Below, one piece after another: positions 6,669 through 19,938 of a stretch of DNA of 64,000 nucleotides. Location of the stretch: positions 16,636-80,635 of the forward strand of contig JAFGPN010000015.1 in NCBI GenBank assembly GCA_016936175.1. The letters are read 5' to 3'. Position numbers and translations under genes: made by a program. A model generated the notes under the pieces. It made no database searches, had not been told where the DNA came from, and was given only the letters and a program-made list of their open reading frames with translations. Position 1 is the stretch's first letter, and each line of letters opens with the position of its first letter. The stretch is from Patescibacteria group bacterium (lineage in GTDB: Bacteria; Patescibacteriota; Kazan-3B-28; UBA10110).

Positions 6669-9557
6669 ATGGAAGGCTTGGGCTCGCTCATCTTAATGGC
6701 GTTACTGGTGGTGGGGTGGCTGGCAGTAGCCGCTTTTTTGACGTGGTGGGTAATTAAAAAATTTGCCCAAAAAAAGGGTGAGGTTTCTACAACGCCAATC
6801 TTGACTACTTCGGAAGATGCGGTGTTGATAGCAATCGAAGTGCCAAAAGAAAACGAAAAGACTCCCTTAGCGGCCGAGACGATGTTTTCTAGTCTTCATG
6901 GCATTGGTAATCATCGGTTGAGTTTTGAAATTGAGGCTAAAGAGAAATCGGTTAGATTTTATGCTTGGGTCCCCACCAGCTTAAGAAACTATGTCGAGGG
7001 TCAGTTATACGCCCAATACCCAGACATGAACGTATTAGAAACAAAAGATTATTCGGATCCGACCCAGTTACCAGAGAACAGCGTGGGGGCTTCAACCGAG
7101 CTACTGTTTACGAAAAAGAATTTTTTCCCGATAAAAACGTTTATCAACTTTACCGTTGATCCACTGGCCGCTATTACCGGTATGTTGGGTAAATTGGGAG
7201 AGGATGAACATATCTGGATTCAATTAGTGATTAGTCCGGAGAGCAATCGGTGGCGAGACAGAGCGATGGCGTTTATCTCGGCGGTAAAATCTGGTCGTTC
7301 ACCCGAGATTGGCGCGGCCATTACCAAGAGTATATTTTCTCTAGCCGGGGATGTGGTTGGTTCTTTATCGCGTGGCGGTGGTTACGAGGCGAAAAAAGAA
7401 AACACTAAAGTAGAGCTATCTCCCGGCACCGACCTAATGCTAAAGGCTATTGAGGAAAAGAGCTCAAAGCTGGGCTTTAAAACCAAGATTCGATTGGTAG
7501 TGTGGGACAAGGATGAGGCGTCGGCTAAGGCCAAGCTTCAGTTAGCTTTAGGCACCTTTAAGCAGTTTGACACTACTAATTTAAACTCGTTTAAGGCTGG
7601 TAAATATGTTAATAATCGGGCAAATATTCTAACCACCTATAACCGACGGGAGTTGGGCAAGGACCCAACAATTCTTAATGTAACCGAGCTAGCCTCGATC
7701 TACCACTTACCCAATGTAAGCGTGGCGACTCCGAATATCGTTTGGGCTGGTTCGCGTAAGGGGGAACCGCCCGCCAACTTACCTTTGGTCGGTGAGGTAC
7801 CAGCGGAGGAGCTAACTACATTAGCCACCACTAACTTTCGGGGCACTCAAGAGAAGTTTGGAATTAAATTAAAAGATCGTCATCGCCATATCTACATCAT
7901 CGGTAAGAGCGGCACCGGTAAGTCAACTCTGCTTAATAATATGGCAGTTGATGATATTCGGGAACGGCGTGGGGTGGGGATTATCGACCCACATGGCGAC
8001 TATGTCGATACCGTTTTAAAGTACGTGCCAAACTATCGGGTAAACGATGTAATTTTATTTGATCCCGGCGATCGCGATTTTCCGATTGCGGTAAATATGT
8101 TAGAACTGCGTGACCCTAAGTATAAGGTAGTGGTGGCCTCCGGGGTGGTAGGTATCTTTAAAAAGATCTTTGGCTTTTCTTGGGGTCCCAGGCTTGAGTA
8201 CTGGCTGAGTTCGGCGGTAATGGCGTTGTTAGACTACCCCGATTCAACCTTAATGATGATTCCTGGATTATTTACCGACGCCGATTTTCGGGACAAGGTT
8301 ATCGCCAAGATATCTGACCCTCTAATTAAAAGACGGTGGATCTCCGAATATAACCAGCTCGATCAGAAACAACGTAACGAAACTATTTCGCCCATTTTAA
8401 ACAAGGTAGGCCAGTTCTTATCTTCGCCAGTGATTCGTAATATTGTTGGCCAGCCTCATTCCAGTATTGATTTTCGTAAGGTAATGGATGAGGGCAAGAT
8501 TCTGTTAGTAAAATTAGCCAAGGGTATTATCGGCGAGGATAACGCCGCCTTGATGGGCGCCATGATTATCACTCAGTTGCAGTTAGCCGCAATGTCTCGG
8601 GCCGATGTGGTCGAAGCAGGGCGCAAAGATTTTTATCTGTATGTGGACGAGTTTCAGAACTTTGCCACCGAATCGTTTCAGGCAATTCTATCTGAGGCTC
8701 GTAAGTATCACTTATCTCTCACTCTGGCTAACCAGTATATGGATCAGTTAATCCCCGAAGTAAGCGACGCCATCTTTGGTAACGTTAATACCATCATTGC
8801 CTTCCGGGTTGGCGGGGATGACGCTAAACAGTTGGAGAAAGAATTTGCCCCAATATTCGAAGCTAATGATTTGGTCAATTTAAATATGTTTAACATCTAC
8901 ATCAAGCTGTCAATCGATAATATTACCACTAACGCCTTCTCAGCCCAGACTCTGCCGTATCCGGATGATTTTAACCATAACGAAGAAAAGATTATCAAAG
9001 CTTCTCGTGAGCGCTATTCTCGTCCAGCCAGTTTTGTAGAAGAGAGGATAGATAAGGCCCTGGCTATTCCGGAGCCACCGCCTCGACCCGCTCCCCTGGC
9101 CGCGTCCCGCGACCGCGGGCAGGCTCGGACGGGTCAACCGAGATGGGAGAGGCCAACCGGACGGAGCCAAGCGCAGATGGGTCAGTCGCGGCGACCACAG
9201 GGCGATCAGGATTTTCAAAGGCCTCAACCACCAAAAAGGAGTCTGCCTGATCGACCAGTGCCGTTTCGGCCGGCGATGAAGGTGGAACCTCCCAAGCAGG
9301 TTTCCCCTGCGCCACAACCTAAACGTAAACCGGACGATTCTTTGCTAAAAAAGGTGATATCGGCGATGGAGAAGCAGAGGCCGTGGGTGCCTGGTCAGAA
9401 GCCAGCTAAACCCAATCCGGTTGCCGATCTCAATTCAGATAAAAAATCGATTGAGGATATTAGAAGGCAGAAATCGGATGAAGCGCAAAACAAGCCTAAC
9501 GAATCAATCCTGCTTGATGAAGACAGGGGTGAGATCAATCTATCAAATGACAAGTAG
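6669..9557 (+). CDS. Membrane-anchored VirB4/TraG/HerA-like P-loop ATPase with Pro/Arg-rich tail
   Basis: GKSGTGKS, IDPHGD, LYVDEFQNF, EARKY, N-terminal TM helix. Confidence 0.88.
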   Translation: MEGLGSLILMALLVVGWLAVAAFLTWWVIKKFAQKKGEVSTTPILTTSEDAVLIAIEVPKENEKTPLAAETMFSSLHGIGNHRLSFEIEAKEKSVRFYAWVPTSLRNYVEGQLYAQYPDMNVLETKDYSDPTQLPENSVGASTELLFTKKNFFPIKTFINFTVDPLAAITGMLGKLGEDEHIWIQLVISPESNRWRDRAMAFISAVKSGRSPEIGAAITKSIFSLAGDVVGSLSRGGGYEAKKENTKVELSPGTDLMLKAIEEKSSKLGFKTKIRLVVWDKDEASAKAKLQLALGTFKQFDTTNLNSFKAGKYVNNRANILTTYNRRELGKDPTILNVTELASIYHLPNVSVATPNIVWAGSRKGEPPANLPLVGEVPAEELTTLATTNFRGTQEKFGIKLKDRHRHIYIIGKSGTGKSTLLNNMAVDDIRERRGVGIIDPHGDYVDTVLKYVPNYRVNDVILFDPGDRDFPIAVNMLELRDPKYKVVVASGVVGIFKKIFGFSWGPRLEYWLSSAVMALLDYPDSTLMMIPGLFTDADFRDKVIAKISDPLIKRRWISEYNQLDQKQRNETISPILNKVGQFLSSPVIRNIVGQPHSSIDFRKVMDEGKILLVKLAKGIIGEDNAALMGAMIITQLQLAAMSRADVVEAGRKDFYLYVDEFQNFATESFQAILSEARKYHLSLTLANQYMDQLIPEVSDAIFGNVNTIIAFRVGGDDAKQLEKEFAPIFEANDLVNLNMFNIYIKLSIDNITTNAFSAQTLPYPDDFNHNEEKIIKASRERYSRPASFVEERIDKALAIPEPPPRPAPLAASRDRGQARTGQPRWERPTGRSQAQMGQSRRPQGDQDFQRPQPPKRSLPDRPVPFRPAMKVEPPKQVSPAPQPKRKPDDSLLKKVISAMEKQRPWVPGQKPAKPNPVADLNSDKKSIEDIRRQKSDEAQNKPNESILLDEDRGEINLSNDK

Positions 9558-9574
9558 TAGGCCTGTATAATTAA

Positions 9575-11584
<2,010 letters not shown>

Positions 11585-11717
11585 CCTGCCCGCGGTCGCG
11601 GGACGCGGCCAGGGGGGCTGGATCAGGTTTTTTTATGGTAGACTGAGGTGTTGTCCAAGCTTGGATAACTTATTCTTGTTTTCATTTTTTATTTTTGAGC
11701 ACAGGAGGTTCATTAAC

Positions 11718-13049
11718 ATGTCGGCAAGCAAGGAGTCCTGCGTTACCGCTGTGGTGGGTGCTCAGTGGGGTGACGAGGGCAAGGGGAAGCTGGTGCATCT
11801 GCTTTCTCGGAATTTTGACTTGGTCGTTCGTTATCAGGGGGGCGAGAACGCTGGTCATACGGTAGAAACGGATGGCCAAACCTATCGTTTTCGCCTCTTG
11901 CCAAGCGGCATTCTTTATTCTCACGTAACGGCCGTACTCGGCCGTGGGATGGTGGTTAATCCCATTAGCCTGGCGGCCGAGATTGATGAGCTCAGCACAC
12001 AAGGCGCTTTCCGCGGAAAACTAATCGTAGACCGCGGCATCCAGCTGGTGTTGCGGGCTCATCAACTACAGGATCAGTACAGCGAAGAAGCCAAGGATAT
12101 TGGTGGGCTGGCGGTAGGAACGACGCGACGTGGTATCGGACCGGCCTATGCGGACAAGCACTTTCGTGTAGGCATAAAGGCGGGAGATCTGCTGCGTCCT
12201 CGCGCAGAACTTCGTCAAATGTTTTGCTCTGATATCACCCGCAAGAACGCGCTGTTTGCGGGTTACTACGGACAGCCCCAGGGGGATGCTGGTGAGCTGT
12301 GGGCGGAATTTGAGCCGGCAATCGAAAAGATTGCGCCGTATATCGCAGATGCGGTCTCGTTGGTGATGGTGGCGAAGGAGAAGTGCAGGCCCATCCTCTG
12401 TGAGGGAGCCCAGGGCGTGTTGCTTGATCTCGATTACGGAACATATCCGTATGTAACCAGTAGCCATCCGGGCATAGCTGGCGCACTTTCCGGAACCGGC
12501 ATAAACTGGACCGATATCGGCGAAGTGATTGGGGTGACCAAGGCCTATACCACTCGGGTTGGCAACGGACCATTCCCGACCGAGGAGTTAGGCCCTTTGG
12601 GTGAACTGATGCGTGAGCGAGGCGCTGAATACGGTACGGTAACTAAGCGTCCCCGCCGGTGTGGTTGGCTGGATTTAGTGCTACTGAAGTACGCCCGTGA
12701 AGTTGTTGGCATTACCAAATGGGCGGTGACTAAAGTGGATGTGCTGGACGAACTATCAGAGATTCTCTCCTGCAACTTCTACGTCCAATCCGACCATATG
12801 GCAGGTCCAACCCTTAACCCGGAGATGGATCGACTTGGAGACTACTTGCCCCGCTATAGCCGTTTGAGTGGCTGGAACTGCGATACGACGCAGTGCCGTC
12901 GATATGCCGATTTGCCATCGGCGTTGATAAACTACCTCAAGCACATCGAGGTGGCGACTAAAACCCCGGTTGCCTTTGTATCGGTGGGCCCAGCCACCGA
13001 TGCTGTCGTCTGGATAGGAGCCGAACAGGTTGCCATGGCCGAGGCCTAA
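11718..13049 (+). CDS. purA: Adenylosuccinate synthetase
   Basis: GAQWGDEGKGK, GTTRRGIGPAY, EGAQG; AGGAGG upstream of ATG 11718. Confidence 0.96.
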   Translation: MSASKESCVTAVVGAQWGDEGKGKLVHLLSRNFDLVVRYQGGENAGHTVETDGQTYRFRLLPSGILYSHVTAVLGRGMVVNPISLAAEIDELSTQGAFRGKLIVDRGIQLVLRAHQLQDQYSEEAKDIGGLAVGTTRRGIGPAYADKHFRVGIKAGDLLRPRAELRQMFCSDITRKNALFAGYYGQPQGDAGELWAEFEPAIEKIAPYIADAVSLVMVAKEKCRPILCEGAQGVLLDLDYGTYPYVTSSHPGIAGALSGTGINWTDIGEVIGVTKAYTTRVGNGPFPTEELGPLGELMRERGAEYGTVTKRPRRCGWLDLVLLKYAREVVGITKWAVTKVDVLDELSEILSCNFYVQSDHMAGPTLNPEMDRLGDYLPRYSRLSGWNCDTTQCRRYADLPSALINYLKHIEVATKTPVAFVSVGPATDAVVWIGAEQVAMAEA

Positions 13050-13072
13050 CAGTTCTTTCGGTTGCTTATCAT

Positions 13073-13108
13073 GCCGAGCCCTTTCCCACCGGGGCTCGGC
13101 GCTTTTTT
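13073..13108 (+). terminator. Intrinsic terminator after purA
   Basis: GCCGAGCCC...GGGCTCGGC then T6. Confidence 0.8.
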
Positions 13109-13144
13109 ATGCTCGTCTGATGGTTCAGGTATAATCTATATATA

Positions 13145-13444
13145 ATGAAACTTCCAAAGGCAGAGGTAGAACATATTGCGATGTTGGCCCGAATTGGGCT
13201 GACAGAAGCAGAAAAACAGCACTACTCGGACCAGCTTTCCGCGATTTTAGAATATGTGGATGAGTTAAAAAAGGTGGATATTAAAGATGTACCGGATGTG
13301 GGGCAGATCACTGGTCTGGAGAATCAATCGGCCAAGGATACTGTAAAAGGCTGTGAATTATCTCGGGAAGAACTATTTAAGAACGCGCCGATGACTGAAA
13401 GGGGGTACATCAAAGTAAAAAGCGTATTAGGCCGTGAAACTTAA
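13145..13444 (+). CDS. gatC: Asp/Glu-tRNA amidotransferase subunit C
   Basis: EVEHIAMLARI...NAP; next to gatA. Confidence 0.93.
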   Translation: MKLPKAEVEHIAMLARIGLTEAEKQHYSDQLSAILEYVDELKKVDIKDVPDVGQITGLENQSAKDTVKGCELSREELFKNAPMTERGYIKVKSVLGRET

Positions 13445-13573
13445 TTTTGTCCTCGCGAAGGCGGGGACCCAGAAAGAAAAAGAAATATTTTTGTTATGGT
13501 CTGGATTCCCGCCTTCCTCTCGGCCATGAGCTCGAGGTCGAATGGCGCGGGAATGACAAGAAGAGAGTTATAT

Positions 13574-14941
13574 ATGAATATCACAGAGGCAAAAAAAGTT
13601 GACCTCAAGAAATTTCTCGACGAGGCTAAAGCCGCTGACGAGAAGTTTAATATTTTATTGTCCGTTGCTGACAAACCGGGCAAGTTGGGCAAAGGCGATT
13701 TAGCGGTGCCGTGTTTGATCAAAGACAATATTGTAACGACTGATTACCCAACAACTTGCGCTTCGAAAATATTAGAAGGCTTCCGCTCGCCGTATGAGGC
13801 GACAGTAGTAACTAAATTAAAACAAGCTGGGGCGTGGGTGGCTGGCAAGCTTAATTTAGACGAGTTTGCCATGGGCTCCTCCACCGAGAACTCCGCTTTT
13901 GGAGCTACTAAAAACCCGATTGACTCCACTCGAGTGCCGGGCGGAAGTAGTGGCGGCTCTGCCGCCGCGGTTGCGGCTGGTGTGACGCCGTTTAGTTTGG
14001 GTAGCGATACAGGGGGGAGCATAAGACAGCCTGCTGCTTTCTGCGGCGTGGTGGGGATGAAGCCAACCTATGGCCGGGTCAGCCGTTACGGACTCGTCGC
14101 GATGGCGAGTTCTTTAGATCAAATCGGTCCACTTACTACCACAGTGGAAGACTGCGCTCTCGTATTAAAAATAATTTCTGGAAAAGATCCGTTAGATGCC
14201 ACCTCGTTAGATGCGCCGGTGCCCGATTATGTGTCGGAGATGAAAAAAGATATTAAAGGGCTGAATATCGGTGTGCCGAAAGAATTCTTTGGTGAAGGTG
14301 TGGATAGGGCGATTGAAGAAAAAGTGCAAGTGGCTATTAAGGAATTAGAAAAGCTCGGGGCCAAAATAAAAGAAGTTAGTTTGCCCAATTCTCGCTACGC
14401 CTTGGCCACTTATTATATTATTCAGCCAGCCGAGGTTTCGGCTAATCTGGCACGCTACGACGGGGTAAAATACGGCGTTTCTGAGGGTAAAAATGAGCAG
14501 ATTGAAACCATCGAAGAGATGTACCGCCAAACTCGCGCTAAATATTTGGGTGATGAGGTAAAGCGCCGAATTATGCTGGGAACCTATGCCACCTCTGCTG
14601 GATTTAGGGATGCATACTACGACAGGGCCCGAAAGGTGGCGACTCTAATTAAGCAAGATTTTGATAAGGTTTTTAAAGAAGTAGACGTGCTGATAACTCC
14701 AACTACTCCCACAGTAGCGTTTAAGCTGGGGGAGAATACGACTGACCCGCTGAAGATGTATATGTCCGACCTGCTAACGGTTCCTGCCAATATTGCTGGA
14801 ATCCCGGCTATCTCTATTCCTTGTGACAAAATTGATGGCCTCCCGGTGGGATTGCAGATAATGGGGCCGCAACTGGGTGAAAGTAAGGTATTGCAAGTAG
14901 CCTATGCCTACGAGCAATCCACGGACTGGAGGCAACAATGA
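13574..14941 (+). CDS. gatA: Asp/Glu-tRNA amidotransferase subunit A
   Basis: Amidase signature [19 protein letters not shown]; the upstream extension in the ORF track is a palindromic repeat. Confidence 0.96.
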   Translation: MNITEAKKVDLKKFLDEAKAADEKFNILLSVADKPGKLGKGDLAVPCLIKDNIVTTDYPTTCASKILEGFRSPYEATVVTKLKQAGAWVAGKLNLDEFAMGSSTENSAFGATKNPIDSTRVPGGSSGGSAAAVAAGVTPFSLGSDTGGSIRQPAAFCGVVGMKPTYGRVSRYGLVAMASSLDQIGPLTTTVEDCALVLKIISGKDPLDATSLDAPVPDYVSEMKKDIKGLNIGVPKEFFGEGVDRAIEEKVQVAIKELEKLGAKIKEVSLPNSRYALATYYIIQPAEVSANLARYDGVKYGVSEGKNEQIETIEEMYRQTRAKYLGDEVKRRIMLGTYATSAGFRDAYYDRARKVATLIKQDFDKVFKEVDVLITPTTPTVAFKLGENTTDPLKMYMSDLLTVPANIAGIPAISIPCDKIDGLPVGLQIMGPQLGESKVLQVAYAYEQSTDWRQQ

Positions 14942-15339
14942 TAGCGACTTGGTGGTTGCTTCCGATCTTGTTGATGGCCTGGCTACTGCTGTGGTGGATT
15001 ACTCGTACCAAAGGATTATCCGACAAAGACCGGTCGATAATTCTGCGCAAATGGAAAGAGGTGGAGGCGTTGATGGAAGAAAAAAGATATCGTGACGCAG
15101 TGTTAGAGGCCGACAAAACTTTGGATTTTGCGATGCGGAGGATGCATATTGTCGGAGAAACATTTGCTAAGCGGTTTAAAAAAGCTGAAGCATCAATCGG
15201 GAGATCCGAGGATGTGTGGGTGGCGCACAAGATGCGTAACCAATTAGTTCATGATATCGATTTTGAGATTACTAATAACAAGGCGGTTAACGCTACCAAC
15301 GCCTTTCATCGGGCGCTAAAAAAATTAAACGCACTATAG
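14938..15339 (+). CDS. Conserved hypothetical membrane-anchored protein
   Basis: Overlaps gatA stop (ATGA); AVLEADK...AHKMRN. Confidence 0.75.
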   Translation: MIATWWLLPILLMAWLLLWWITRTKGLSDKDRSIILRKWKEVEALMEEKRYRDAVLEADKTLDFAMRRMHIVGETFAKRFKKAEASIGRSEDVWVAHKMRNQLVHDIDFEITNNKAVNATNAFHRALKKLNAL

Positions 15340-15405
15340 CGTCATCCTGAATTCATTTCAGGATCTAGATTCTGAAACAAGTTCAGAATGACAGTAAGTA
15401 ATATT

Positions 15406-16776
15406 ATGAAAGAATACGTTCCCACAATTGGATTAGAGATTCATGTGCAGTTAAAGACGGCTAGCAAGATGTTCTGTCGTTGCGATAACAACGCGGAAGG
15501 TAAAGAACCCAATACGGTCGTCTGTCCTTTGTGCATGGGCTTTCCTGGGGTATTGCCGGTGGTTAATGCTACTGCCATCGAGTATGGGGTAAAAACCGCG
15601 CTGGCACTGGGTTGTAAGATAAATAAATTTCAGCGATTCGATCGCAAAAACTATTTTTACCCGGATCTACCTAAGGCTTATCAAATCTCCCAATTTTTCT
15701 TTCCCGTGGGCGAACACGGAGAGATAACCATTGATTATTTGGGGTCAGACAGAAAGACCAGAAAAGAATTTAAGGTTGGCATAAACCGAGTTCATTTAGA
15801 AGAGGATGCGGGTAAATTAATTCACACCAAAGATGCTACGCTGGTTGATTTCAACCGATGTGGCACACCGTTGATGGAGATAGTCACCGAACCAGATATC
15901 ACCTCACCGGAAGAGGCTAAGGCCTTTATGCAAGAACTTCAGCGAATCGTACGTTCATTGGGGGTGTCGTTTGCCGATATGGAAAAGGGCCATTTACGAG
16001 TAGATGCCAATGTTTCGGTTAGACCCAAGGGTCAGAAAAAGCTGGGGGTTAAGATCGAGGTCAAAAATATGAACTCGTTTAAATTTATGGAGCAGGCACT
16101 AAAGCACGAGATCGAGCGCCAGATATCTGCCTTAGAAGCGGGAGAAAAGTTGCAACAAGAAACCCGGGGCTGGGATGCAAAAACCGGCACCACAATATTG
16201 CAACGGGTCAAAGAGGGTTCGATTGACTATCGCTATTTCCCCGAGCCAGATCTGCCCCCCATTGTTTTGGACGATAAACAAATCAATGATTGGTCAAAAG
16301 AGGTAACGGCCGAATTGCCTTCCGCATTGCGCGCTAAAGCGGAAAAAACAGGTTTATCGTATGAAAAGATCTGTGAGCTACAAGATAAAAACGCATTAAT
16401 CAACTTATTGGTGATATTAGATAAAAATAAGAAACTTGATCCAACAGTAATAGCCAATTATCCAGGTGCATCATCAGAATTTTATAAATGGATAGTCGAA
16501 GAGAAACCATCCAATAGTGTAATACGTCAGGTGTTTGATTCGATTAGCTCCGGCAAAAAATTTAAAGATGCAGTCGATGTCGTTAAAATAGTGGACCATA
16601 GTGATTTGATGGTGATGGTAAAGCGAGTACTTGATGCCAATCCCGATGTGGTTAAAAGATATAAGGCGGGAGAGACCAAACTAATTGGATTTTTGACCGG
16701 TCAGATAATGAAGCAAGCGGGTGGGGGAGCGGACCCCATCTCTGTTACAGACCTGTTAAATAAACTATTGACATAA
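15406..16776 (+). CDS. gatB: Asp/Glu-tRNA amidotransferase subunit B
   Basis: IGLEIHVQL, RKNYFYPDLPK, HLEEDAGK, YRYFPEPDL. Confidence 0.97.
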   Translation: MKEYVPTIGLEIHVQLKTASKMFCRCDNNAEGKEPNTVVCPLCMGFPGVLPVVNATAIEYGVKTALALGCKINKFQRFDRKNYFYPDLPKAYQISQFFFPVGEHGEITIDYLGSDRKTRKEFKVGINRVHLEEDAGKLIHTKDATLVDFNRCGTPLMEIVTEPDITSPEEAKAFMQELQRIVRSLGVSFADMEKGHLRVDANVSVRPKGQKKLGVKIEVKNMNSFKFMEQALKHEIERQISALEAGEKLQQETRGWDAKTGTTILQRVKEGSIDYRYFPEPDLPPIVLDDKQINDWSKEVTAELPSALRAKAEKTGLSYEKICELQDKNALINLLVILDKNKKLDPTVIANYPGASSEFYKWIVEEKPSNSVIRQVFDSISSGKKFKDAVDVVKIVDHSDLMVMVKRVLDANPDVVKRYKAGETKLIGFLTGQIMKQAGGGADPISVTDLLNKLLT

Positions 16777-16870
16777 TAATCCGCTTGTGGTATAATAAAA
16801 AGAAGTCTGCAGGTTTGACTTAGGAGGGTCAGCGGAGTAAGATTATGGGTTAGTAAAGGAAATATCCTTT

Positions 16871-17206
16871 ATGGGAAAGAATAATCCGGAATTAGTGCCA
16901 AATAGTGGCGAGGGAGCGTCGGAAATTGCTCCGAGCGCCGCTGTTGAGGGTGTACAAAATACCGAAATCGCTTCAGAGCCAACCTCATTAGAGACCACAG
17001 TTCCGTTTGTGCCGGATTTAGAGGTGACGGCTGATGCAGTCGACTTGACGACGGTAACCCCGCCGCATGTTAATCAGAATCGAATCAATCCCATAGATGG
17101 TACCGGGGCGCTAAAAAGCAGGTTTGAGCAAGGCGCAACCACAGCATCTAATGTAGCTCATAATGTCGTGGTAGAATTTACTAGGTTGAGAGAAGATCAA
17201 AAATAA
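16871..17206 (+). CDS. Hypothetical protein
   Basis: ORF with AAGGA upstream. Confidence 0.6.
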   Translation: MGKNNPELVPNSGEGASEIAPSAAVEGVQNTEIASEPTSLETTVPFVPDLEVTADAVDLTTVTPPHVNQNRINPIDGTGALKSRFEQGATTASNVAHNVVVEFTRLREDQK

Positions 17207-17242
17207 AATAAACTAACGTTCGAGCCTTCAAATTAAAATAAA

Positions 17243-19681
17243 ATGCTTATTTGGGTGGCAATTAGCTTAGTGCTGGTAGGACTCGCTATCGTCGGGTATG
17301 TTTTTTATACTGTATCAGTTCAGAAACGTAACAATGCTAAGCAAGCAGGTAGTGCAGTGGGACGGCGATTGTTTTTGGTTACCTTGCCCAAAGAGGTAAA
17401 GGAAGACGACAAAAACAAAGAGATTAGGGATTTAATTGCTCCGGCGGAGATTCTGCTTCGTAACCTACATTCGATTCAGGATAGTTTTAAAGGTGAGCAC
17501 ATCACATTAGAAATCATAGCCAAGGGTGGCCTGATTGGTTTCTATATTAGTGTGCCAAACAAACTCAGCACCTTATTGGAAAAGCAGATTACTGCTCAAT
17601 ATCCCGAAGCGGTAATCGAAGAGGTAGAAGACCCGAACATCTTCCCCGAACAGGGCCAGGTGGCTGCGGCTCAGCTTAAGCTAAAAAAGGAATCGGCTTA
17701 TCCGATTATGACCTATAAGTTATTCGAGAACGAAGCGCTCAACGCGCTAACCAATGCCTTAAGTAAACTAAATGAGGATAGCGAGGGAGCAGCGATTCAG
17801 GTCTCGATCCGACCAATATCCGATAAATGGCAGAAAAAGGGGAGAGCTATCGCCAACGCTATGCAACAAGGTAAATCCAGCAAAACCATCGCCGGCGGGG
17901 TAATGGAAGGCCTGCAAGGATTAATGATGCCCGGTAGTGGCAAGAAAGAAGATGCTCCCAAAGAAGAGAAAAAGCTAACCCCCACTCAAGAGAAGGTGGT
18001 AGAAGCGATTGGGGAGAAATCGTCTAAATCTGGATTTGAGGTATCTGTTCGAGTGATAGCCGCTTCGCCGACCAGGGAAGAGGCCCAAATAAATTTAAAC
18101 AATATTCTAAGCAGTTTTCACCAGTATAGTAGCTCTGCCAACAATCGGTTTACTTTGGACAAGGTGCCTGAGCATAAAGTTATCTCTCAGTTCATTTTTA
18201 GAATGTTTAATTTAGGCAAACCATATATTTTAAACACCGAAGAGATCGCTACCATCTGGCATCTACCCAATGCTCATTTGGATACTCCGAACATTCGTTG
18301 GTTAAAAGCTAAACGATTATCCCCACCAGACAGTTTGCCCAAAGAGGGGATAGTGTTAGGTAAAAACACTTATCGGGGGGTAGAAAATTTCATCCGCGTT
18401 AAAGAAGATGACCGGCGTCGGCATCTTTACTGCATCGGTAAAACCGGCACCGGTAAAACTACCTGGATGCAGAACTTAGCCCTGCAGGATATTCTGGACG
18501 GCAAGGGTGTTTGCGTAATTGATCCTCACGGAGATATGATCGATTGGCTGTTAGCACGAATTCCCAAAGAACGGGTTGATGATATTATTCATTTCTATCC
18601 GCCGGATCTCGAGCGGCCGATGGGTTTAAACATGTTAGAAGGGGGGAGTGCCGCCCATAAGGACATAATGGTGGCCGAGATGATCTCCATCTTCTATAAA
18701 TTATTTGATCCAACTGGCACTAGTCAGATGATTGGTCCGATGTTTGAACACTATATGCGTAATGCCATGTTGGCGTTATTGGCAGATGATGAAACCGGGG
18801 CTACTCTAATTGAGATTCCACGGATGTTCACGGATAAGGAATTTCGGGAGTACAAGCTCTCCAAAGTAACCGATCCGGCGGTGCGCCAGTTCTGGGTGCA
18901 GGAGTACCCTCAGTCTCAGCGCGGTCAGCAATCTGCCGACATGTTGAGTTACGTTATTAGTAAGATCGGCCGATTCCTGAGTAACGAGATGATGCGAAAC
19001 ATCGTGGGACAGGCTCGCTCTGCTTTTGATATCCGTAGGGTGATGGACGAGAGCAAGATTTTATTGGTTAATTTAGCCAAGGGTTTAACGGGGGATATCA
19101 ACAGTAATCTACTCGGATTTATTTTAGTATCGAAAATTCAGATGGCGGCTTTAGGTCGCGCCGATGTGCCCGAGAGTGAACGGAAAGATTTTTACTTATA
19201 TATCGATGAGTTCCAGAATGTTACTACCGATTCGATTGCCACAATCTTATCCGAAGCGCGCAAGTATCACTTAAACTTGGTGGTAGCGCATCAGTTTGTG
19301 GCCCAGCTCGAAGAAAAAATTCGTGACGCGGTGTTGGGCAATGTTGGCACGATGATTAGTTTTAGGATTGGCGCGCCCGATACCGAAGTCATTGGCAAGG
19401 AATTTGCGCCGGAAGTAAGCGAAAATGACTTAGTTAATATCGAGAATCGCAACGCCTACATCAAACTAATGGTAGATGGGGCGGCTACTAAGCCATTTAA
19501 CCTAACCGCTCTGCCGCCGATGGGTACGGCCAACCTCAAGGTAATGGATGCCTTAAAGAAGCTCTCGCGGCTTAAATTTGGCCGAGATAGACGAATTGTA
19601 GATATGGAGATTAGAGAAAGGGGTAGATTTATCACCGAATCTCAAAATAATCCGCCGTCAGAGCCGAAAAATCCGTTTTAA
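17243..19681 (+). CDS. Second VirB4/TraG-like ATPase, paralog of 6669-9557
   Basis: GKTGTGKT, IDPHGD, LYIDEFQN, SEARKY. Confidence 0.88.
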   Translation: MLIWVAISLVLVGLAIVGYVFYTVSVQKRNNAKQAGSAVGRRLFLVTLPKEVKEDDKNKEIRDLIAPAEILLRNLHSIQDSFKGEHITLEIIAKGGLIGFYISVPNKLSTLLEKQITAQYPEAVIEEVEDPNIFPEQGQVAAAQLKLKKESAYPIMTYKLFENEALNALTNALSKLNEDSEGAAIQVSIRPISDKWQKKGRAIANAMQQGKSSKTIAGGVMEGLQGLMMPGSGKKEDAPKEEKKLTPTQEKVVEAIGEKSSKSGFEVSVRVIAASPTREEAQINLNNILSSFHQYSSSANNRFTLDKVPEHKVISQFIFRMFNLGKPYILNTEEIATIWHLPNAHLDTPNIRWLKAKRLSPPDSLPKEGIVLGKNTYRGVENFIRVKEDDRRRHLYCIGKTGTGKTTWMQNLALQDILDGKGVCVIDPHGDMIDWLLARIPKERVDDIIHFYPPDLERPMGLNMLEGGSAAHKDIMVAEMISIFYKLFDPTGTSQMIGPMFEHYMRNAMLALLADDETGATLIEIPRMFTDKEFREYKLSKVTDPAVRQFWVQEYPQSQRGQQSADMLSYVISKIGRFLSNEMMRNIVGQARSAFDIRRVMDESKILLVNLAKGLTGDINSNLLGFILVSKIQMAALGRADVPESERKDFYLYIDEFQNVTTDSIATILSEARKYHLNLVVAHQFVAQLEEKIRDAVLGNVGTMISFRIGAPDTEVIGKEFAPEVSENDLVNIENRNAYIKLMVDGAATKPFNLTALPPMGTANLKVMDALKKLSRLKFGRDRRIVDMEIRERGRFITESQNNPPSEPKNPF

Positions 19682-19779
19682 CAGCTTAGCCGACTGCCTG
19701 TAAAATGGGCAGACGGGGGAGAGATAACTTGATTTTTTCCACCTAGTGTAGATATAATTCTTTAGTCTAGAACAATAAA

Positions 19780-19895
19780 CCCCGTTAGAGATTCGGAGAA
19801 GCCATGGAAAATATTCAAAACAAAATTTTGCCGCGAATCGTTTCACTTTCGTTAACTCTCATTAGCAGATCTCATCAGCGATCTCTAATGGGGTA
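19780..19895. repeat. ACCCCGTTAGAGAT...ATCTCTAATGGGGT long inverted-repeat element
   Basis: Terminal inverted repeats; short relative at 57714-57746. Confidence 0.7.
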
Positions 19896-19938
19896 AAATT
19901 AACCAGCAATATAAATATAAACCTAAACTAGAAAGAAA

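Noticed and set aside
13496-13573. N-terminal extensions of GatA, GatB (15388) and the 56708 protein (57562)
   Set aside because: They are translations of intergenic palindromic repeats; downstream ATGs fit better.
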